Of a DNA stretch of 64,000 nt, positions 50,311-60,559 are shown piece after piece (within the stretch, counting starts at the first letter, position 1; every line of letters starts with the position of its first letter). The DNA lies in the NCBI GenBank assembly GCA_963700285.1, contig CAVOXA010000010.1:1312001-1376000 (forward strand), written 5' to 3'. The position numbers and the translations under genes are program-made. Origin of the DNA: an uncultured Chloroflexia bacterium. GTDB lineage: Bacteria > Chloroflexota > Anaerolineae > JAAYZQ01. Under the pieces are notes generated by a model that did not search any database, had not been told where the DNA came from, and was given only the letters and a program-made list of their open reading frames with translations.

Positions 50311-52206
50311 ATGAAAACAGCAATGATTGATCTCTCTGCTTCCAGCGTCGAGATCTTTGAGACGCCGGCCGGGGACCTGCGCCAGTACCTGGGCGGGCGG
50401 GGGCTGGGAGCCAAGCTGCTGTACCAGCGGGTGGGCCCGGACGTCGAGCCGTTCTCGCCGGAGAACGAGCTGATCTTTAGCGCTGGCCCCCTGGCCGGGA
50501 CGCCCTGGCCAACGTCGGCGCGCCTGCACGTGACTTTCAAATCCCCGCTCACCGGCGCCTACGGCTATGCCAACAGCGGCGGATTCTTTGCGGCAGAGAT
50601 GCGCCACGCGGGCTATGACGCCATCATTGTCACCGGCCGGGCCCCCGAGGCGTCGGTCCTGCGCATTGAGGACGGGGCGATCGCGGTGGAACCCGCCCCC
50701 GAGCTGTGGGGCGGTACTACGGCCAAAGTCCACGACACGCTCCTGGGGCCAGAGCCCAAAGCCGGCGCCGGCCGGGTGGCCTGCATTGGGGCCGCAGGCG
50801 AGAACCTGGTCCGCATCGCGGCCATCATCAACGACCACAACCGGGCCGCAGCCCGGGGCGGCCCCGGCGCCGTCATGGGCAGCAAGAACCTCAAGGCCAT
50901 CCACGTCCGGGCCAGCGGTCGGCCCAGCATCCCGCCCCAGTTGCGGGCCGCGGCCAAGGTTGCCACGGCCAAACTCAACCAGGATCCGCGGCTGGATGGG
51001 CTTCGCAGCGTTGGCACCCTATTCCTGATGGATCCCAAAAACATGAGCGGCGACCAGCCGGCCAAGAACCACCAGCTCGGCCAAGTGCCCTTTATCGAGC
51101 AGGTGAACGATGCCGCCATGGACGAATACCTGGTGGCCCACAAGGGCTGCTACGCCTGTCCCATCCGCTGCTCGCGCAAGTCCGTTGTGCCCGAGGGTCC
51201 CTACGCCGTCGAGATCGGCGGGCCCGAGTACGAGACGACCAACGCCCTGGGCCCCATGTGCTGGATCGACGATCCGGAGGCCATCATCTATGCCAACCAC
51301 CTCTGCAACCTGCACGGGCTGGATACCATCTCGACGGGGGTGGTCATCGCCTTTGCCATGGAGCTGCATGAGAAGGGCCTGCTGGATGATCCCGAACTCT
51401 CGCTGGAGTGGGGCGACGCGCAGACCATGCTGGGGCTCATCGAGCGCATTGCCCACCGGCAGGGGCTCGGCGACCTGCTGGCCGAGGGCGTGCGGCGAGC
51501 CGGCCAGCAGCTTGGAGGCGAGGCGGGCCGCTATGCCATGCACGTCAAGGGCATGGAGCTGCCCCGCCAGGAGCCGCGCGTGGCCAAGGGCTTTGGCCTG
51601 GGCCATGCCACCAGCAACCGCGGCGCCGATCACCTGTACGCCCTGCCGGCCATCGACCTGGGCGGCGCCTGGGATATCGCCCAGCGCATCTTTCCGGCCG
51701 AGATCGTGCCCGAGCTGATGGAGACCGACAACGAAAAGTACAAACCGGACATGGTCGTCTATGGCGAGCACTTTTGCGCCGTGACCGACGCCCTGGGCAT
51801 CTGCAAGTTCTCGACGACGGAGGAGTACAGCTTGCTGCCCGACGACGTGGCCCCGGGCCTGGCCGCGGTCTGGGATGAACCGCTGACCGGGCAGGATCTG
51901 CTAGAGATCGGCGAGCGGATCGTGAACCTGGAGCGGCTCTACAACGTTCGAGAGGGCCTGTCGCGGGCCGACGACCAGTTGCCGGGCCGTTTTACCGAGG
52001 AGGCTGTGCCCCTCTATGGCTTTGAGCGCGATCCGGAGACGTCCGAGTTGCAGCAATCCGCCGAACCCATCGGCCAGGGGCAGATCTATAACTTTGACCT
52101 GATGCTGGATCGCTACTACGACCTGCGCGGCTGGTCGCGGGAAGGCGTACCGACGGTGGAGACATTGCGCAGGTTGGGGTTGGAGGCCTATCTCAACGCA
52201 GACTAG
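50311..52206 (+). CDS. Aldehyde:ferredoxin oxidoreductase (tungsten AOR family)
   Basis: KSPLTG, RGGPGAVMGSKNLKA, CYACPIRC, GPEYET, GLDTISTG, RGADH, DALGIC. Confidence 0.93.
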   Translation: MKTAMIDLSASSVEIFETPAGDLRQYLGGRGLGAKLLYQRVGPDVEPFSPENELIFSAGPLAGTPWPTSARLHVTFKSPLTGAYGYANSGGFFAAEMRHAGYDAIIVTGRAPEASVLRIEDGAIAVEPAPELWGGTTAKVHDTLLGPEPKAGAGRVACIGAAGENLVRIAAIINDHNRAAARGGPGAVMGSKNLKAIHVRASGRPSIPPQLRAAAKVATAKLNQDPRLDGLRSVGTLFLMDPKNMSGDQPAKNHQLGQVPFIEQVNDAAMDEYLVAHKGCYACPIRCSRKSVVPEGPYAVEIGGPEYETTNALGPMCWIDDPEAIIYANHLCNLHGLDTISTGVVIAFAMELHEKGLLDDPELSLEWGDAQTMLGLIERIAHRQGLGDLLAEGVRRAGQQLGGEAGRYAMHVKGMELPRQEPRVAKGFGLGHATSNRGADHLYALPAIDLGGAWDIAQRIFPAEIVPELMETDNEKYKPDMVVYGEHFCAVTDALGICKFSTTEEYSLLPDDVAPGLAAVWDEPLTGQDLLEIGERIVNLERLYNVREGLSRADDQLPGRFTEEAVPLYGFERDPETSELQQSAEPIGQGQIYNFDLMLDRYYDLRGWSREGVPTVETLRRLGLEAYLNAD

Positions 52207-52344
52207 GGCCGCTGGCCAACTGGCTTTCCCCACGGTACTCTCCTGCTCTCGTCTGGTCCGTGACCAGACGATTGGTGGCCACTTCAGGCGGATGCAACTG
52301 GACACGGACCAGTTGCGAGCAGATCGCTCGCAAAGGAGGAAACG

Positions 52345-53082
52345 ATGAAAATTCAAGGCAAGACAGCGCTGGTTACGGGTGGCGCCCACCGGGTGGGCAA
52401 GGCCATCGCCATGGAGCTGGCACGGGGCGGGGCCAACCTGGTGGTCAACTATTACAGCTCCGATACAGCAGCCCAGGAAACGGTCAGAGAGGCCGAGGCC
52501 CTGGGCGTGGGCGGGCTGGCCGTCCAGGCCGACGTTGGCGACCTGGGGCAGGTGCGGGCGCTGGTGGCCGCTGCCGCGGACCGGTTTGGGGCGGTGGATA
52601 TCCTGGTCAACAGCGCGTCGATCTGGCAAAAGACGCCGCTGCCCATGGGCGACTTCAGCGGCTGGCACCGCGTGTTGGGCGTGTTGCTCCACGGCTCGAT
52701 CTACCTGGCCGATGCGGTGGCTCCCCTGATGCAGGCGCAAGGAGAGGGGGCCATCGTCAACATTGTGGACCTGGCGGCCTTTAAGCCCTTCACCGGTTAC
52801 GTCGCCCACAGCGTCGGAAAAGCGGGGCTCCTGTCCCTGACCCGCTCGCTGGCGATAGAGCTGGCGCCGGTCGTGAGCGTCAACGCCGTGGCCCCCGGGC
52901 CGGTCCTGCCCCCGCCGGACTATAGTGAGGAGCAGATCGCCCGCATCGCCAAGCGGACGCTGAAGGGTCGCTGGGGCGCGGCCCAGGATATAGCCGGCGC
53001 GGTTCGGTTCCTCGTCGAGTCCAACTATATCACCGGTGAGGTGCTCGTCGTCGATGGCGGCGAGCGCTTGGGGCCCGCTTAG
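52345..53082 (+). CDS. SDR oxidoreductase, pteridine reductase/FolM-like
   Basis: TGGAHRVG, LVNSAS, HSVGK in place of YxxxK, VNAVAPG. Confidence 0.85.
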   Translation: MKIQGKTALVTGGAHRVGKAIAMELARGGANLVVNYYSSDTAAQETVREAEALGVGGLAVQADVGDLGQVRALVAAAADRFGAVDILVNSASIWQKTPLPMGDFSGWHRVLGVLLHGSIYLADAVAPLMQAQGEGAIVNIVDLAAFKPFTGYVAHSVGKAGLLSLTRSLAIELAPVVSVNAVAPGPVLPPPDYSEEQIARIAKRTLKGRWGAAQDIAGAVRFLVESNYITGEVLVVDGGERLGPA

Positions 53083-53131
53083 CGTTTTTACGCGTACCAA
53101 AACGCGGATTGTGGTTCGCGCGAAGCAGGTT

Positions 53132-53429
53132 ATTTGCTCGTGCTGGACCACAGTCCAGCACACCGAACGCAGAGGCCGACGATTTGCTCGTGCTGGACCA
53201 CAGTCCAGCACACCGAACGCAGAGGCCGACGATTTGCTCGTGCTGGACCACAGTCCAGCGCACCGAACGCAGAGGCCGACGATTTGCTCGTGCTGGACCA
53301 CAGTCCAGCACACCGAACGCAGAGGCCGACAATTTGCTCGTGCTGGACCACAGTCCAGCGCACCGAACGCAGAGGCCGACGATTTGCTCGTGCTGGACCA
53401 CAGTCCAGCACACCGAACGCAGAGGCCGA
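53132..53429. repeat. 50-bp tandem array (6 copies) with hairpin GTGCTGGAC-CACA-GTCCAGC(A/G)C
   Basis: Unit starts 53132, 53182, 53232, 53282, 53332, 53382; solo hairpin copy at 43623-43644. Confidence 0.92.
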
Positions 53430-53445
53430 TTTGGAGGATTACCCA

Positions 53446-54480
53446 ATGCCCGAACAACACAACGTCCTATTCCTGACCGATCGCGGCCAATACCACCAGC
53501 AGGTGGCCCTGGACGCAGCGCCGCCCGAGCTGGCGGTGACCATGATGCGCCGGCCGCCCAGGCTGGAGGTCATTCAGGCCCTGCCCGAGTACGAGTTCCT
53601 CATCAGCGAGCGTGCGGGTACGGTGGACGCCGACATGATCGCCGCCGGGCGAAACCTGCGGCTGATCCAGCGCTTGGGCTCGCTGACCTACGACATTGAC
53701 CTGGAGGCGGCGCGGGCAGCGGGCACGCCGGTCGCGGCCTGGCCGGTGGAGACAGCCATCATGGTCGCCGAGCACATGCTGACCCAAATGCTGGTCCTGG
53801 CCAAGCGGCTGGGCGACGTGTCGGCTGTTGCTAACGCGGCAGGCGACTGGGGCCGGCCTTCACTGCGCACCGACGAGGATACCTTTGCCTACGACTGGTC
53901 GCGGCGCAGCGGTGTGCGCCCTCTCTACGAGCAGACGGTGGGCATCCTGGGCTTTGGCGAGATCGGCGCCGAGCTGGTCCGGCGCCTGCGTGGCTTTTGC
54001 CCATCGACCGTGCTCTACCACAAGAGGTCGCGGCTCCCGGAGCACGCCGAGCAGGAGCTGGGCATCACCCACACGTCCAGGGAGCAACTGCTTGCCGAGA
54101 GCGACTATCTCTGTAACCTGCTGCCCTTCTATCCAGAAACCGACACCCTGATCGATGCCGGTTTCCTGGCGGGGATGAAGCAGGGCGCGTACCTGACGAG
54201 CTGCGGCAGCGGCAGCGTCATCGACGAAGGTGCCCTGGCCGCGGCGATCCGCGATGGACACCTGGCCGGCGCCGCCCTCGACACCTTTGAATGGGAGCCG
54301 ATCCGGCCCGACAACCCGCTCTTGCCCCTGGCCAGGGACCCCAACATGAACGTATTGCTCACGCCCCACACCGCGGCCGGCTGCAGCGCCGACGCGGAGG
54401 GCGACCGGACGCGGAGGAGAGATTATACCAACCTGGTGCGGGTTCTGAACGGCGAGCCGCCGCTGCACCGGGTTGCCTGA
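53446..54480 (+). CDS. D-isomer-specific 2-hydroxyacid dehydrogenase
   Basis: VGILGFGEIG, ALDTFEWEP, TPHTAA; GGAGG before ATG 53446. Confidence 0.88.
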   Translation: MPEQHNVLFLTDRGQYHQQVALDAAPPELAVTMMRRPPRLEVIQALPEYEFLISERAGTVDADMIAAGRNLRLIQRLGSLTYDIDLEAARAAGTPVAAWPVETAIMVAEHMLTQMLVLAKRLGDVSAVANAAGDWGRPSLRTDEDTFAYDWSRRSGVRPLYEQTVGILGFGEIGAELVRRLRGFCPSTVLYHKRSRLPEHAEQELGITHTSREQLLAESDYLCNLLPFYPETDTLIDAGFLAGMKQGAYLTSCGSGSVIDEGALAAAIRDGHLAGAALDTFEWEPIRPDNPLLPLARDPNMNVLLTPHTAAGCSADAEGDRTRRRDYTNLVRVLNGEPPLHRVA

Positions 54481-54556
54481 TCGGATGCTGCCTGCAGATG
54501 TCTGGCAGTCCTATTTACACCCCATCCTGAAACGTTATACAAGGAGACATGGAACC

Positions 54557-55354
54557 ATGACTGAGAACCTTCCATCCCGGCGGTTTCCGGGACAAGTGGT
54601 GGTCATCACCGGCGCGGCGCGCGGCATCGGCAAGGCCTGTGCCCTGCGCTTTGCCCGGGAGGGGGCCAACGTGGCCTGCCTGGACCTGCTGGTCGAGGAG
54701 AATGAGGCGGTCGCTGCCGAGTGTACGGCGCAGGGAGTCGAGAGCCTGATCCTGACCTGCAATGTGACCGAGCCGGAGAGTGTGCAGGCCTGCATCCAGG
54801 CCACCCTGGATCGCTGGGGGCGCGTCGACACGCTGATCACGTCGGCTGGCATCTACAGCGGCTCGCCGCTGGCCGAGGTGTCCCTGGCCCAGTGGCAGCG
54901 CCTCATGGACATCAACCTGACCGGCGTCTTTCTCTGCAACCAGGCCGTCGCCCCGGCCATGATCGCACAGGGCTCGGGCAGCATCATCAACATCTCGTCC
55001 ATGGCTGGCAAGACGAGCTGGCCCTCCACGGCCGAATACTCGGCCTCCAAGACGGGCGTTATCGGGCTGACGCGCTCGGTGGCCATGGAGCTGGCCCCGC
55101 ACGGGCCCACGGCCAACGCCGTCTGCCCGGGCAACACGCTGACCGAGATGGTGCACAACGTAGCAGCCAGGCAGGGCGAGCAATTGGGCATGACCGGCGA
55201 GGAGTGGCTGCAGATGCGCGCCAATGACTGTCCCATGAACCGCCTGGCCGAACCGTGGGAGATTGCCGGCGTCTGCGCCTTCCTGGCCTCCCAGGACGCG
55301 CGTTACATCACCGGCCAGGCCCTGGAAGTGGATGGCGGCCTGGTGATGAGCTAG
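54557..55354 (+). CDS. SDR oxidoreductase (polyol-phosphate dehydrogenase-like)
   Basis: TGAARGIG, INISS, YSASK, NAVCPG. Confidence 0.88.
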   Translation: MTENLPSRRFPGQVVVITGAARGIGKACALRFAREGANVACLDLLVEENEAVAAECTAQGVESLILTCNVTEPESVQACIQATLDRWGRVDTLITSAGIYSGSPLAEVSLAQWQRLMDINLTGVFLCNQAVAPAMIAQGSGSIINISSMAGKTSWPSTAEYSASKTGVIGLTRSVAMELAPHGPTANAVCPGNTLTEMVHNVAARQGEQLGMTGEEWLQMRANDCPMNRLAEPWEIAGVCAFLASQDARYITGQALEVDGGLVMS

Positions 55355-55525
55355 GGATAGCGAAGAGAGGTAGGCACAACCACAGCAGCCACAACATGAG
55401 CAGCAGTTCCCCAAAGAAGGTAAACAGAACAATGCTCACATCGTAGTTGGCCAGGAGCAGCAGTCCAAAACCATCTTAAGCCTCCCTTTCCTATGAGGCG
55501 GGACTCGAAACCCCTGCCTTCTGTG

Positions 55526-56254
55526 CTACGATGCGTCTTTGTTATAGATCACGGGCATTTGCCCTTTCCACTTGTTCCACGTGACGTCATCGGTGATCAG
55601 TTCCGCCATAAAGTGGCCAACATTGATTCGACTGGTCTGGCCAGCATCAAAGATTGGGCTTCTGGTAGGCGACGGATGCACCGTATACTCGGTGACCACG
55701 TCTTCATCGATCAGATCGTCAGGGCGAACCGCAACCCACTCAACCGCCACGTCGTTTTGACCGATCACGGTCCGCAAATAGTCCGCAGCCTCTTCATTGT
55801 CCGCCTGTGGAGGCAGCACCAGACGAAGAAGCCCTGTGACAATCTTTTCACCGGCTGACCTTTTTTCATCGAGACCCCGGTTGCTGTTGCCAGTGGTGTT
55901 CATGAGCACAAAGCGGACCGTCGCTTGCGGCTGGTTTGCCTGGATGGCCGTGCACAGCCGCCGGGTGGCGTCAGTCACCAGCCGGCGTGGGTGGCCGTAC
56001 ATGCCTTTCAGGGTCAGATTGTGGCCCAGGCACGAGGCAACGGCATCACACCCCTCAACGAGTTGGGCCAGCTCGGCATCGCTGAGGTCCAGAAGGCTGG
56101 CCTGGACCACGGACAGGTTCTCATACTCCCGGAGATTTTCGGGCAAACTGGCGGTTGACCGCACAACCGCCACCACCTCCTGTCCACGTTCGAGCAGTTG
56201 TTGCACGACCTGCTTCCCGGTCGCTCCATTGGCTCCAACTACAAGTATCTTCAT
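55526..56254 (-). CDS. NAD(P)H-binding atypical SDR (flavin reductase/BVR-B-like)
   Basis: MKILVVGANGATG, WVAVRP, SRINVG. Confidence 0.85.
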   Translation of the reverse strand: MKILVVGANGATGKQVVQQLLERGQEVVAVVRSTASLPENLREYENLSVVQASLLDLSDAELAQLVEGCDAVASCLGHNLTLKGMYGHPRRLVTDATRRLCTAIQANQPQATVRFVLMNTTGNSNRGLDEKRSAGEKIVTGLLRLVLPPQADNEEAADYLRTVIGQNDVAVEWVAVRPDDLIDEDVVTEYTVHPSPTRSPIFDAGQTSRINVGHFMAELITDDVTWNKWKGQMPVIYNKDAS

Positions 56255-56489
56255 CTCACACCTCCCTGGCGATCAGTTTGTCTGTAGCCGTTTTCCAGGG
56301 CTTGGAATCGCAATCCCACTCCCTTGGAGTGGGGTGGCAGGCGAGCGGCACGCCGTGCCCGAAGCCGTCAGTGTCGTCATGTACTGGGCGGCTCGGGGGC
56401 TTGTACTCGCCGTCCGATCCAACGACCCGAGTGTACCATGGTCGATAAATGGCACTACTCATGTCAAGTGACCCACTAGTGCAGTCAGC

Positions 56490-57611
56490 TCATCCTTCAC
56501 TTTCTTCTTTCCGTTCCCCTTGTGGCCGGAAGGCACCCTTGGCCTTTTCCCATATGCCTTGGACTTGTGTCATCGCTTGCTGCTGTTCTTCTTTCTTGTC
56601 CCCGCCGCTGTAGCGCAACAACACCGCTATCATGCGCGTGCCGTCGAAATTCTCCATGATCGTCAAGACCAGCAGTGTGAGCGGTACCGCCAGGAGTGCG
56701 CCGATCCCACCCAGCAGATACCCCCACACGAACAGGCCGACAAATACCACCAAAGGATTGATCCTCAAGCCCTGCCCCATGACCTTGGGCTGGATGAAAT
56801 TCTGCACGCCACCGTTGATCACTACGTAGCCGACAAAGACAACCACCGCCGTGCCCAGGCCGAACTCGGCATAAGCCAGGAGGACCGGGGGAATCAAAGC
56901 GAACCAGAAACCGATGGAGGGGATGTAGCCCATGAACCAGGCCAGCAATCCCCACAGAAGGGCGAAATCCACTCCCAGGATCCACAGAAACACGGTATTG
57001 ATTGCACCCACCAGGAAGTTGATGCCGGTCAGGATGCTCATATAATGGCGGACATCCTCGGTAAGCGTGCTTATCTTGGTAAAGATCGTTGCACGCGGGT
57101 CCAGACCCAGGCGCACTGCTCCGGGAAGCGAAATTGCAGCGCTGATCATGAAAAAGAAGATGAACAAGGCCATGCCGAATTGGACCAACAAGTCCACCAC
57201 GACCGCCGCCACACTTTGAGCAACCGGACCAAATTGGATCGTCAATTCGGTCGTCGAGGCAGGTGTCTCAGTGCCGGTTACCTCGGGCGGCAATGCTTGC
57301 GTGGCGCTGACCGCCGCGTCGGCCATGTACGTTGGCAGTTGGGTGGACAGCTTGGTAACCGAGAAGAATACGGTCACGATGACCAGCCCCAACAATAGCA
57401 CCACCGCCAGGATGGTCAGCAGCAGCGCCAGCCACCCGGGCATCCCGCGCTGGCTCAGGCGGCCGGGAATGGGCAGCACAGTGATGGTGATCACGACAGC
57501 CAGCAAGATTGGGTTCAGGATGAATGCCGTCCCGCGGATTCCGAACAGAACTACGAATATGCTGGCAAGGGCGACGAGGTAAATCACTAACCGACCAGAT
57601 TGATCCTTCAT
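56490..57611 (-). CDS. AI-2E family transporter
   Basis: Hydrophobic; YIPSIG, NFIQPKVMGQGLRINP, GALLAVPLT. Confidence 0.9.
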   Translation of the reverse strand: MKDQSGRLVIYLVALASIFVVLFGIRGTAFILNPILLAVVITITVLPIPGRLSQRGMPGWLALLLTILAVVLLLGLVIVTVFFSVTKLSTQLPTYMADAAVSATQALPPEVTGTETPASTTELTIQFGPVAQSVAAVVVDLLVQFGMALFIFFFMISAAISLPGAVRLGLDPRATIFTKISTLTEDVRHYMSILTGINFLVGAINTVFLWILGVDFALLWGLLAWFMGYIPSIGFWFALIPPVLLAYAEFGLGTAVVVFVGYVVINGGVQNFIQPKVMGQGLRINPLVVFVGLFVWGYLLGGIGALLAVPLTLLVLTIMENFDGTRMIAVLLRYSGGDKKEEQQQAMTQVQGIWEKAKGAFRPQGERKEESEG

Positions 57612-57898
57612 GTGTTCACTGCTTCCTTTCCTGCGAGTTCATGCGAGACTCTGTCACCGGCTTCGGCTTCCGACGAAACATCCAGGTCTTTCTGGAGCGA
57701 GTCTCCGTGCCGTACCCAGATTCATGTCGCCGGTCTGTTGTTCCTACTCGGCCGCAGGGGTTGGCTGCGGCGTCTGAGATGGCCTAGCCGGCCGGACACG
57801 CCCGCCCAGGCCACGCGCCGCCGGCAGCAGGCTATTCTTGTCTAGTTGTCACCCGGGACCGGCAGCCCGATTTGCGCTGCCGGTCCCAGACAGGTTTC

Positions 57899-60264
57899 TT
57901 ACTGCCGTGCCATGGCGATCTTCATGTCCGCTTCCGTATCCGGGATCAGCTCGCCGGATAGATCCAGGGTGACCCGTTTGATCGTTCCGGTGAAGTCGAA
58001 CGCATCGCTGTACTCCTCCGGCGCCACGCGGTCGCCGCCGTCGTAGCCGCAGGTCAGGCCTTCCGTTCCCCACATGGCCAGGATCGAGTAAGGCATGTCG
58101 ATGCTGCCAACCAGCTTGCGGTTGATGTAGAGCTGGCAACGGGCCGGCACCCCGTACCCCTGAGCGGGGTCGGGCTTGCCGGTCGGCTCGAACTCGTAGC
58201 GCAGCTCGACCTCGCCCTCCGGGATCGTCTGGTTGGAATGCACCCAGAACTTGTCGCGGCCGAGGAAGTTGTACAGGAAGTGGAGTTTCTGGTCCTTGAC
58301 AAAGAAGGTGTATCCGCCGGTGTTGCCGCCCTGGGCCAGCAATACCCCCTCCGCACCGCCCGGCGGGATCACGACTTCGGCCGTGATGCTCCAGGGCCGG
58401 TTGTAGGTCTTGGGCGCAGCCGTAAACGGGACCGGCGACCCGCCCTGGTAAAAGACGTACTTGTTCCTCGGCTTGGCGATGGTCGGGCGTTCTACATTGA
58501 GCCGCTGAAGGGCGCTGCCGTCGATGGGCAGCACCTGGTACTTGCCCGCTTCGGCCCACCAGCGGCCGATCATCTCGATCAGCTTGTCGCGCTGCTCGCC
58601 GGCCAGGTTGTGGGTTTCGGAAGTAGTCCTCGTCAATGTGATACAGCTCCCAATCGTGGGTCTCGATATCCACGAGCACCTCGTTAGGGATCGGGGATAC
58701 CGAACTGGCGGCCCTTCTTGGCGGCCTCGGTGAAGCTCGTGCCCGGCCAGGGGCAGACCGCCCGCCAGCCGTCGTGGTAGATGGCGCGGTGACCAAACAT
58801 CTCAAAGTACTGCGTGGGTGGTTGCTGGGCGCAGCCGCCTCGTTGAAGGTGTGGGCAAAGCTGACGCCGTCGATCGGCCGCCTGGCTCACGCCGCGGATG
58901 CTCTCCGGCGCCTCCATGCCCAGGGCTTCCAGCACCGTCGGCACCAGTCGATGACGTGCGCGTACTGCGGCCGCAGCTCGCCGCGGGCCTGGATGCCCTT
59001 GGGCCACGACACGATGCACGGGTCGGTGCGTGCCGCCCCGGTAGGTCTCGCGCTTCCAGCGGCGGAAGGGCGTGTTGCCCGCGTTGGTCCAGCCCCAGGG
59101 GTAGTGGTTGTTGGTCTCCACGCCGCCCAGCTTATCGATCATCTTGAGGTTATCTTCCAGCGATTCCTTGACATTGTTGAAAAAGAACATCTCGTTGAGC
59201 GAACCCACCGGTCCGCCCTCGGAGCTGGCGCCGTTGTCGGAGATGACCATGATCAGGGTGTTGTCCAGCTCGCCGATCTCTTTCAGAAACTCGAGGATGC
59301 GCCCGAAGTGGTGATCGGTGAAGCTGACAAAGCCGGCATAGACTTCCATCAAGCGGGCATAGAGCTGCTTGGCATCGGCCGAGAGCGTATCCCAGACCGG
59401 CACGTCGGGGTCGTGCGCCGACAACTCGGTGCCCGGCGGGATGATGCCCATCTCGAGCTGGCGCTGGTGGACGATCTCGCGGTACTTGTCCCAGCCCATG
59501 TCGAACTTGCCCTTGTACTTGTCCGCCCACTCCTGGGGCACATGGTGCGGCGCGTGGCCGGCGCCCGTGGCGTAATACAGGAAGAAAGGCTTGTCCGGCG
59601 CGTTGACGTGGGCGTCCTGGATGAACTCGATGGCCTTGTCGGCCAGGTCGCTGCTCAGGTGGTAGCCTTCCTCTGGCTGCGCGGGCTGCTCGATGGCGTG
59701 GTTGTCGTAGGTCAGCTCCGGATACCACTGGTTGGTTTCGCCGCCCAGGAAGCCGTAGTAGCGCTCAAAGCCGCGGCCCAGCGGCCAGCGGTCGTAGGGT
59801 CCGGCGGCGGTCGTGTGTTCGGGCGGCGTCAGGTGCCATTTCCCGACGCAGAAGGTGTTGTAGCCCTGCTGCAGCAGCATCTCGCTGAGCATGCCCCTGT
59901 CAAAGGGCAGGATGCCGTTGTAGCCGGGGTAGCCGGTGGAGGTCTCGGTGATCGATGCCAGCCCGAGCGAGTGGTGATTGCGCCCGGTCAGGATGCAGCC
60001 GCGCGACGGCGAGCACAACGCCGTAGTGTGCATGTTGGTGTAGCGCAGGCCGTTGGCGGCCAGGCTGTCCAGCACGGGCGTCTCGACCAGCCCGCCGAAA
60101 CAGGACAACTGCCCGTAGCCGACGTCGTCCAGCACGAAGAAGAGCACGTTGGGCGCGCCCTCCGGGGGGCGCGGCGGCTCCGGCCAGGCCGGTGAGGACT
60201 CTTCGGTGGTACGTCCGATGACGCCGGTGAACGGGGTTCCGTCTTTGTAGGTCTTGATTGCCAT
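57899..60264 (-). CDS. Arylsulfatase (Cys-type), frameshifted near 58600-59050
   Basis: PNVLFFVLDDVG, CSPSR formylglycine motif, GKWH, SDNG; C-terminus in ORF 57899-58636. Confidence 0.9.
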
Positions 60265-60559
60265 TTGATTTCTCCCTTTCGATACAGAGTGTTTATCAGG
60301 TTGGGCGGATTCAGTTTATCTCTGCCCGCTACTTCTACCGCCGCCGATCGTGTCGGTCATCGCGCCTGTCCCGGCGGTGCATATCTGCCTCGGACACTGG
60401 TGAGAGCGGCCGGCCGATGATGGCTTTATCGCTCAGTTGCCGACTGAGCACAGTGTATGCGATTTCGGGTTTGTATTCTTTATATCCCTCCTCTCTTTCT
60501 CCTTTCTATTGATTTTGGGGTCGTACGGTCTCTTCTTTGGTCTGGATTCGCTTTGGCGC

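Noticed and set aside
53030-53476. Repeat-derived ORFs and the long N-terminal extension of ORF 53134-54480
   Set aside because: Translations of the 50-bp array; the real start is ATG 53446 after GGAGG
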